Below are positions 30,958 to 37,202 of a stretch of 64,000 bases of DNA, piece after piece. This DNA is from Myxococcales bacterium (GTDB taxonomy: Bacteria > Myxococcota > Myxococcia > Myxococcales > 40CM-4-68-19). The stretch lies in the NCBI GenBank assembly GCA_020201435.1, contig JAIVGS010000189.1:14404-78403 (forward strand), written 5' to 3'. The notes under the pieces were generated by a model, which worked only from the letters and a program-made list of their open reading frames with translations, was not told where the DNA came from and made no database searches. Within the stretch, counting starts at the first letter, position 1. The number at the start of each line of letters is the position of its first letter. The translations under genes and the position numbers were made by a program.

Positions 30958-31595
30958 AAGAGCGACGCGGCCACGACGCGAGGGCCGTCGTCCAACCCGA
31001 CCTCCGGCCCGGCGAGGATCAGACGCGCCTTCGGCGCCCGTCCGGCGACTGCGCGGGCGGCATCGTCGACCTCACGCAGCGACGCGTTCGGCCTCAACCG
31101 GCAGGTGACGAGCACGTCGCGCGCCTGCGGTACGGCGTCCGCGACCGAGCGATGGAGCAGCGCCGCGCGCGGGCTGATGAGCTGGTGGATCTCGCGCGGC
31201 TCGACGCCGATCAGGCCGAAGACCGCGAGGGGCTCGACGAAACAGCGCACCGCGTCGGACCACGTCGCCGGCTCGATCGGCCGCACCACGCACGCCTGCG
31301 TCAACCGCGCCGCGCGCTCGAGCCGGGCCGTCGCCTGCGGACCAGGGTTCACGGGGAGCGCGGGCAGCACGACCAGAGGCATCTGCCGGAAGATCCGGGC
31401 GACCTTCGCGGCCGCGGCGAGCGCCGGGTCGTCCGCCTCGGCGCAGAGCACGACCAACACCGAGCCGCCCGGCGTCCGCTTGATCTCCCGGAAGTCGTTG
31501 GCGACCAGCACGCACGAGAGCGCCGTCGCGTCGAGGGTTGCCGCGTCGCGAAAGGGGGCATCGCCGAGAGCGACCACGGTGCCGGCGTACTGCAT
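30954..31595 (-). CDS. hypothetical protein with degenerate FtsZ/tubulin-like layout
   Basis: Start re-set to ATG 31595; codons upstream of it lose GC3 bias. 213 aa. Its order of blocks parallels FtsZ (see findings), but no GGGTGS/TG loop is present. Confidence 0.45.
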   Translation of the reverse strand: MQYAGTVVALGDAPFRDAATLDATALSCVLVANDFREIKRTPGGSVLVVLCAEADDPALAAAAKVARIFRQMPLVVLPALPVNPGPQATARLERAARLTQACVVRPIEPATWSDAVRCFVEPLAVFGLIGVEPREIHQLISPRAALLHRSVADAVPQARDVLVTCRLRPNASLREVDDAARAVAGRAPKARLILAGPEVGLDDGPRVVAASLF

Positions 31596-31751
31596 GTACT
31601 TAGAGGTAACACCAGCTCCTACCCGCCGAAAGCCCACCGCTGTGCGGGACTGTCGGGATGCAGATCGAGCGCGAAGATCTTCCTCGTCTGCGGCGATCGG
31701 CTGGCGATCGATACCTGGATCCGTCGCTGGTGCCCGAGCCGCTGCGCACGT

Positions 31752-32123
31752 TCATGCCCCAGGCGCGAGCACACTGATCGGCAATTCCCGCCGCGCGCAG
31801 GCCACCACCAGCGCGGGCGGCAGGACGATCGAGCCGCGTCCCTCGTCGGCATGCATGACGATCTCGAGGTCGAGCTGCAGCCCGCCGACCCGCATCTTCT
31901 CGAACGACTCCGCGCGCTGATCCATCAGCCAGATCGCGGCCTTCCGCAGGCTGGGCGCGGCGTCTCCGTACGCCACCTCGAGGCGCGCCGAGGCGAGCGG
32001 CGGATCCTCGCTCACCGCGGCGACCCGCTCTTCGAGGCCGAGCGGCCCGAGGATCTCCTCCTTGCGCACCGGCTCGCCCTTCGGCTTGCGCGCGCGGAGC
32101 GAGATGGAGACGCGGTCCGCCAT
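31752..32123 (-). CDS. hypothetical protein
   Basis: ATG 32123 ('MADRVSISLRARKPKG'), 123 aa. Overlaps the hbd stop by 1 nt (TGATG). Confidence 0.5.
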   Translation of the reverse strand: MADRVSISLRARKPKGEPVRKEEILGPLGLEERVAAVSEDPPLASARLEVAYGDAAPSLRKAAIWLMDQRAESFEKMRVGGLQLDLEIVMHADEGRGSIVLPPALVVACARRELPISVLAPGA

Positions 32124-32977
32124 CAGTACTTGTAGAAACCCTCGCCCGATTTCTTTCCGAGCTTGCCCGCGCGCACCAACCGCCGCAGCAGCTGCGGCGG
32201 CCGGAACCGCTCGCCCAGCTCCTTCAGGAGGTGCTCCGCGATCGCCAGCCGCACGTCGAGGCCGACCTGATCGGTCAGCTTCAAGGGACCCATCGGATGG
32301 CCATAGCCGAGCTCGATCGCGCGATCGATCTCTTCGGCGGTCGCCACGCCCTCCTCGAGCATCCGGATCGCTTCCATCGCCAGCGCGATCCCGAGCCGGC
32401 TGGTGGCGAAACCGGGCGCATCGCGGACCACCACCACTTCCTTGCCCATCCGCGCCCCGACCGCGCGCGCCGCGGTGACGACCAGCGGATGCGTCCGCTC
32501 CCCCTGCACGATCTCGAGCAGCTTCATCGCCGGGACCGGATTGAAGAAGTGGAGCCCGATCACCCGCTCGGGATGCGTCGCCGCGGCCGCGATGGCCGTG
32601 ATCGGCAGCGAGGACGTATTCGTCGCGAGGATCGCGTCGGCGCGCGCCGACTTCGACAGGCGGGCGAATAAATCCCTTTTCAATTCGAGATCTTCCGGCG
32701 CCGCCTCGATGATCAGGTCGGCTTCGGCCGGCATCTGGGCGGCGACCGAGAGCCGCGCCAGCGCTTGATCGCGTTCGGCGGCCGTGCAACGGCCCTTTTC
32801 GACGGCCCGGCCGAGCGAGTCGCCGATCCGTTCGAGCGACTTCTGCGCCGCGCCCGGCACGACGTCGAAGAGCTCGACCCGGTAACCGGCGCGCGCCGCA
32901 ACCTGCGCGATCCCGGTCCCCATGGTCCCCGCGCCGATCACCGCGACGCGCTGCACGTCGAGCACGGTGATGGCCAT
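32123..32977 (-). CDS. hbd: 3-hydroxyacyl/3-hydroxybutyryl-CoA dehydrogenase
   Basis: ATG 32977 ('MAITVLDVQRVAVIGAGTMGTGIA'), 284 aa. 'TNTSSLPIT', 'GLHFFNPVPAMKLLEIV', 'DAPGFATSRL', 'GYGHPMGPLKLTD'. Confidence 0.9.
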   Translation of the reverse strand: MAITVLDVQRVAVIGAGTMGTGIAQVAARAGYRVELFDVVPGAAQKSLERIGDSLGRAVEKGRCTAAERDQALARLSVAAQMPAEADLIIEAAPEDLELKRDLFARLSKSARADAILATNTSSLPITAIAAAATHPERVIGLHFFNPVPAMKLLEIVQGERTHPLVVTAARAVGARMGKEVVVVRDAPGFATSRLGIALAMEAIRMLEEGVATAEEIDRAIELGYGHPMGPLKLTDQVGLDVRLAIAEHLLKELGERFRPPQLLRRLVRAGKLGKKSGEGFYKY

Positions 32978-33459
32978 CAGACGTTTCCGAAGTAGACGCC
33001 GCGCTTCTGCTCGAGGGCGTGGTCGAGCACCTTCTGGACCTGCTCGAAGACTTCGGCCCATACGTCGCCGAGGGTCGGCTCTTTTCCGAGGCGCGAGCGG
33101 GCCGCGGTGATCATCGCCTCGATGTCCTCGGGGCTCGCGAAATCGCCCTGGCCGCTCTTCATCGCGTCGGCGGGCTTCTTGCCGAGCTCGTCGCGGGCGA
33201 CGTCGAGCGCTTGGCGCAGGTCCTCCGCCTGCTGCCTCGTCAGCGGCCGTTCGTTGACCAGCTGCTCGAGCACCGGCTCGATCGCGGCCTTTCCCTTCGG
33301 CGCGTGCAGCCGCAGCTGGTAGAGGAAGATCGCCCAGTCGCCGCGCGAGCAGACCCGCTCCGCGGCCTCCCACGGGTGGTCCTTGAGCCACTGCTCCCAC
33401 TCGGCGTCGCCCCACTTTCCGAAGCCGTCGGGGGGCGCCACGCTCAGGTAGACGGACAC
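32977..33459 (-). CDS. hypothetical protein
   Basis: 160 aa, Trp/Glu-rich, good GC3 bias. Its stop overlaps the hbd start (TGATG). Confidence 0.5.
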   Translation of the reverse strand: MSVYLSVAPPDGFGKWGDAEWEQWLKDHPWEAAERVCSRGDWAIFLYQLRLHAPKGKAAIEPVLEQLVNERPLTRQQAEDLRQALDVARDELGKKPADAMKSGQGDFASPEDIEAMITAARSRLGKEPTLGDVWAEVFEQVQKVLDHALEQKRGVYFGNV

Positions 33460-33487
33460 GGCGGATCGTCTATCACGAGTTTCACCG

Positions 33488-33916
33488 CTACTGCACGCCG
33501 CCGTCGGAGAGCGTGAAGCGGCAGGACGATTCGCCGCCGGCCTTGACCAGCATCGTCCGCGACGGGCCGCCGGGGACGGTGAGCGTGTAGCGGCCCTCGT
33601 TGAGCGCCGGCAGCGTGCAGTGCATCACCCGCTGGATGCAGCCCTGGTCGAGGCACGCCCCGCTGAGGAAGCTGATGCACTGGTCCTGCGTCACGTCGAG
33701 CGCGACCGAGGCGTTGCGCAGGAGCGCGGTGCAGCTCGGCATGTCGCTGCAGCCGTTTCCGCACAGCTCGCGGACCTCGATCACCGAGGGGATGCCGGGG
33801 GCGATCGACGCCGGCAGGCAGACGTCGCCGACGTCGGCGGTCTTGTTGTCGCAGCTGTCGCCGTTGTCGGTGCACGCGCAGGTCAGAAGGATCGCGCCGG
33901 CGGCGAGAAAGCGCAT
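33488..33916 (-). CDS. secreted Cys-rich protein (12 Cys)
   Basis: 142 aa. Signal 'MRFLAAGAILLTCAC', with 12 cysteines spread through the mature part. Lies 9 nt downstream of the preceding membrane-protein gene. Confidence 0.6.
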   Translation of the reverse strand: MRFLAAGAILLTCACTDNGDSCDNKTADVGDVCLPASIAPGIPSVIEVRELCGNGCSDMPSCTALLRNASVALDVTQDQCISFLSGACLDQGCIQRVMHCTLPALNEGRYTLTVPGGPSRTMLVKAGGESSCRFTLSDGGVQ

Positions 33917-33925
33917 CGCCGTTCC

Positions 33926-34243
33926 TTACATCGCGGCGAGCAGGCGGGAAAGGTAGAAGAGGACGTCGAGCGCGACCAGCGACAATGCGGTGGCGGCGGC
34001 GATCGTCAGCGGGGTGCGGCGAGGTGGGAGCTTCCAGGCGATGGCCGCGGCCGCGAGCGAGGCGATGGAGGCGACGATCAGGTCGCCGTAGTAGCGCATC
34101 TGCACGGCGTTGGTGACGCGGCCGAAATGAGCGCCGCGCGCGACCGGGTCGTAGATCAGGACCGGCAGTTGGAGCGTCCCGGGCAACAGGTATCCGACGG
34201 CGAACGCGCCCACCGCCGCGAGCGCTGTCCGCAGCTCTCTCAT
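33926..34243 (-). CDS. small 3-TM membrane protein
   Basis: Start re-set to ATG 34243 ('MRELRTALAAVGAFAV'), 105 aa. Overlaps the upstream stop (ATGA). Confidence 0.55.
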   Translation of the reverse strand: MRELRTALAAVGAFAVGYLLPGTLQLPVLIYDPVARGAHFGRVTNAVQMRYYGDLIVASIASLAAAAIAWKLPPRRTPLTIAAATALSLVALDVLFYLSRLLAAM

Positions 34244-34674
34244 ACCGAATGGCGCGCGGTGACGTAGAGGCCGATCGCCGCCGCCGTCCAGAGGAAGGCG
34301 GCGCCGGTGCAGGAGAGGGCGGCGACCGGCCATGGCGTTTCTTCGTCCGCCTTGCGGCCGGCGAAGGCCGCGCCGATCACGAGCGCAAGGGCGAGCGCGG
34401 CGAGGTGCTCCTTGAGATCGAAGAGCTGCACCGCGATCGGGGCGCTGCGCTCGAGGTCGGCCGCGCGCACGTTGACGCGGTATGCCGGATAGATGGCGAG
34501 CCCGGTCACGGCCTGGGCGAGGATCGAGGCGGGGGCGATCCAGCCGAACCGGCGCAGCGCGCGCGCCTGCGGTTTCCCGAGCGCGGCGAGCACCGCGTGC
34601 GCGGCGTGGTGGGTGGCCGCGAAGACGGCGGTGAAGCCGAGGATCGCGTGCGAGATGAGCAGCGCCTTGATCAC
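34240..34674 (-). CDS. 4-TM membrane protein with His cluster in TM1
   Basis: 144 aa. 'ISHAILGFTAVFAATHHAAHAVLAAL'. Its GTG start overlaps the rSAM stop (GTGA at 34671-34674). Confidence 0.6.
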   Translation of the reverse strand: MIKALLISHAILGFTAVFAATHHAAHAVLAALGKPQARALRRFGWIAPASILAQAVTGLAIYPAYRVNVRAADLERSAPIAVQLFDLKEHLAALALALVIGAAFAGRKADEETPWPVAALSCTGAAFLWTAAAIGLYVTARHSV

Positions 34675-35876
34675 AGGACGTGCAACTTCCTGGGGACGCG
34701 AAGGCGCGGCTGCGCCGCGGCCATCATCTCCCCGGCACGGTATTCCTGCACGCGCGGGCAGCCGGGATCGGGAGCGGCGAACGCGCCGTGCGCGGCGGAC
34801 ACCGCCCGGCAGCCGCCGCGGCAGAGGCGAAGGTAGTCACAGGACGCACACGGCTCGGGCGCGGCCGCGACGTAATCGCGAAATTCGCGAAATGCGCCCG
34901 GCCACGCGGTTTTCATCGAGCCTTCGACTCGCGCGTCGGCCGCGGCCTGCGCGGTGAAGGAGCAGCCGGTGAACGCGCCTTCGGGCTGCACGGCCGCGAG
35001 CACGTCGCCGCCGACGCAGCCTTGCACGCCGAAGAACGCGGCGGCTGTTCTGGACGGCTTGTGCCAGAAGACCATCGGGGCGAACGAGCAGTCGAGCTTG
35101 ACGCGGATTCGATGGCGAAAGACGAGCCGGCGCGCCATCGGGAACAGCTCTCGAGCCTGCTCCTGCGTCAGCTCCTCGTCGAGCCGCGCGCCGCGGCCGA
35201 CCGGCTTGAAGCGCAACAGCTCGAGCTCGTTGAGCCGCAGGTTTCGCACCAGCCGCGCGACCTCCGGCACCTGGTCGAACGAGCTGCGGCTGACGACGCA
35301 GTTGACGCCGACCTCGGGTTTGACTGCGCGCAGCAGCCGGAGCGCCCGCTCCGCGTGACGGAAACCATCGAATCCACGGGCTTTTTCATACGCGGGCCCG
35401 ACGCCGTCGACGCTGACGTTGATCTGGCCGAAGACCGCGCACTTGCGCGCGGCGGCCTCGTCGACGCCGAGGCCGCTGGTGGTCAGGTTTGGCGTGATGC
35501 CTTTCGAGCGGGCGTGGGCCGCGACCGCGAACAGATAGTCGAGCTCGAGCGCCTCGCCGCCGCCGAGCGCGACGTGGAAGACGCCCATCGCAGCGAGCTC
35601 GTCGAGGATCCGGCAGGCATCCTCGAACGGGAGCGCCGCGCCTTGGGGAGTGGCGTCGACGTAGCAGCCCTTGCATCCGGCGGCGCAGCGGCGCGACAGC
35701 ACGACGTGCACCTCGGTCGGAGCGCTCAAGGGCCCTTCTTCCGGCAGGTCCCAGAGCGGCGACTCCGGCTCACCCAGCTCGCGCATCATCTCGCGGTCGA
35801 CGTGCAGCAGCGCGCGCGGCCGCTGCAGCTCGACGATGCCGCCGAACCGCTCGGCGCGGACCCGCGCGACCTTCAC
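34671..35876 (-). CDS. radical SAM / SPASM-domain enzyme (peptide-maturase type)
   Basis: Carved from the 720-aa read-through ORF. GTG 35876, 401 aa. CX3CX2C 'CAAGCKGC', 'GGGEAL', and a SPASM Cys pattern 'GCVGG...GAFTGC...CASCDYLRLCRGGC...GCP'. Confidence 0.85.
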   Translation of the reverse strand: MKVARVRAERFGGIVELQRPRALLHVDREMMRELGEPESPLWDLPEEGPLSAPTEVHVVLSRRCAAGCKGCYVDATPQGAALPFEDACRILDELAAMGVFHVALGGGEALELDYLFAVAAHARSKGITPNLTTSGLGVDEAAARKCAVFGQINVSVDGVGPAYEKARGFDGFRHAERALRLLRAVKPEVGVNCVVSRSSFDQVPEVARLVRNLRLNELELLRFKPVGRGARLDEELTQEQARELFPMARRLVFRHRIRVKLDCSFAPMVFWHKPSRTAAAFFGVQGCVGGDVLAAVQPEGAFTGCSFTAQAAADARVEGSMKTAWPGAFREFRDYVAAAPEPCASCDYLRLCRGGCRAVSAAHGAFAAPDPGCPRVQEYRAGEMMAAAQPRLRVPRKLHVL

Positions 35877-36034
35877 CGCCGATCCCGCCGCAGAAGCGAG
35901 CCGAGCAGCACCGCCATCGCGCTGGCGAAGACGGCGCCGAACAGCAGGAACGTGACGTCGACTCCCAGCGAGCTGGAGTTCGGGTTGCAGCCGAACGTGG
36001 CCTGCAGCACGCGGCCGCGGCGGAAGAGCTTCAT
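35873..36034 (-). CDS. unlisted 53-aa ORF: Gly-Cys / TM helix / Arg-cluster mini-protein (candidate rSAM substrate)
   Basis: Manual translation gives MKLFRRGRVLQATFGCNPNSSSLGVDVTFLLFGAVFASAMAVLLGSLLRRDRR*. 50 of 53 codons end in G/C. Its TGA overlaps the rSAM GTG (GTGA). It starts 9 nt after the upstream stop. Confidence 0.65.
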   Translation of the reverse strand: MKLFRRGRVLQATFGCNPNSSSLGVDVTFLLFGAVFASAMAVLLGSLLRRDRR

Positions 36035-36043
36035 TCCGCCATG

Positions 36044-37117
36044 CTACTTCTTGTTGTCGCTCGCGTGTGGATGGGGCGCGGGTCGGGAAGCGGGCGGGGC
36101 GGCGGGTGCGGCTCGGGCCGGAGGAGGCGGCGCGTAATAACGCATGCCGCCGCCGCCGCGGGGCCCGCTCGGACGTGCACCCGGGCCCGGCCCGCTCGGA
36201 CGTGCACCCGCACCCGGCCCGCTCGAACGAGGCGCCCCGGTGTACGGCCGCGGGGCTGCGCCGGGCCGTCCGACGGGGGCCGGCGCGGCCTCGGCGCGGG
36301 GCCTCGCCTGGACCGGAGAGCGCATCGGATCGCCGGCCGTCCGCATCGGCGCCGGAGAGGACGTCGCGCGCGGCCGGATCACGTTCGCCGCCGCGACGCG
36401 CGGGACCGGCTGGCCGACCGCGCGCTGGATGCCCGCGACCGGCGGTCCGAACGAACCGGTTCGCATCGGCCGCGCGCTCGGCCCGCCCAGCGGCCGCGCG
36501 GTGGTCACGATCGGCGCGGTCTGCTGCGTCGGCACCGCGGCGCGCGGGATCGGCTGCGTGAAGTGACGCTCGGGGACTGCGACCCACGCCGGATGGCGGT
36601 AGCCGAAGACGACCCCGTCCGGTCCGAGCGGACACCACGCGGCGTACCCGCCGCCGTAGCGCCAGCTCACCCAGGCCGGAGCCCAGACGCGGCCGGGGAT
36701 CCAGTACCAGCCGACGCCGATCCCGAAGTTCCAGCGGCCGTAGTGGTACGCGGCCCAGCCCCACGGATCGTCCGAGACGAAAGTCCAGCCCCAGTCGGTC
36801 AGGACCCAGCGCCCGTAATAGTAGGGGCGCCAACCGTACCCGACGGCGGGGATCCAGACCCGGCCGTATGGGGCGACATACGTCCAGGTGCCGTACGGCG
36901 AGAGGCCGCCGTAAAAGACGTCCTCGTCGGCGATCTCGCTGCCGGCGGGCGGCGGCGGCTCCTGCGTCTGATAGCTGGAATCGGGCGGGACGGTGTCAGG
37001 CCCCGGGGGAGGCGGCGCAGCCACGGTCGGCTCGGGTTCGCGCTCGTACGGGCGTTCGACGATGCAGCCGAACGACGCGGTGAGAGCCAGAGTCAGGATG
37101 GTGCCCAATGAACGCAT
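36044..37117 (-). CDS. YXWGXW-repeat lipoprotein with Pro/Arg/Gly-rich C-terminal tail
   Basis: Start re-set to ATG 37117 ('MRSLGTILTLALTASFGC', lipobox). Repeats 'YGRVWIP', 'YYGRWVLTDWGWTF', 'PWGWAAYHYGRWNF', 'GWYWIPGRVWAPAWV'. Confidence 0.7.
   Translation of the reverse strand: MRSLGTILTLALTASFGCIVERPYEREPEPTVAAPPPPGPDTVPPDSSYQTQEPPPPAGSEIADEDVFYGGLSPYGTWTYVAPYGRVWIPAVGYGWRPYYYGRWVLTDWGWTFVSDDPWGWAAYHYGRWNFGIGVGWYWIPGRVWAPAWVSWRYGGGYAAWCPLGPDGVVFGYRHPAWVAVPERHFTQPIPRAAVPTQQTAPIVTTARPLGGPSARPMRTGSFGPPVAGIQRAVGQPVPRVAAANVIRPRATSSPAPMRTAGDPMRSPVQARPRAEAAPAPVGRPGAAPRPYTGAPRSSGPGAGARPSGPGPGARPSGPRGGGGMRYYAPPPPARAAPAAPPASRPAPHPHASDNKK
36163..36233. repeat. 27-bp tandem repeat (about 2.6 copies) inside the YXWGXW gene tail
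   Basis: GCCCGCTCGGACGTGCACCCGGGCCCG / GCCCGCTCGGACGTGCACCCGCACCCG / GCCCGCTCGAACGAGGC... It encodes GARPSGPG units on the minus strand. Confidence 0.85.
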
Positions 37118-37144
37118 GCGGTTCTCCTCGGCTTTTTGACGGCC

Positions 37145-37174
37145 GGAAAACCCCTGCGATTCAAGACCCGCAGG
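37145..37174 (-). terminator. weak intrinsic terminator between the SDR-aminotransferase gene and the YXWGXW/rSAM operon
   Basis: Minus strand reads CCTGCG-10 nt-CGCAGG, followed by GGTTTTCC. Confidence 0.35.
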
Positions 37175-37202
37175 TCGTTGTTTCGCCCACATTGTAATGC
37201 GT

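Noticed and set aside
35987-36034. The N-terminus of the 53-aa mini-ORF as a lipoprotein signal peptide ('MKLFRRGRVLQATFGC', resembling the 'LALTASFGC' lipobox of the upstream gene).
   Set aside because: The hydrophobic stretch before the Cys is only about 6 residues, too short for a Sec/Lol signal. The real hydrophobic helix lies after the Cys. I therefore interpret it as a C-terminal-anchor or sorting-tail-like layout. The FGC similarity is noted in the findings.
36163-36233. Tandem 27-bp repeats, and the (GGAAC)4 arms at 62134..62251, considered as a possible CRISPR array.
   Set aside because: There are no repeat-spacer alternations. The 27-bp units are contiguous and in frame within a low-complexity protein tail, and the GGAAC units are pentanucleotide arms of a palindrome. 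No cas genes are present. No CRISPR array is present in the window.
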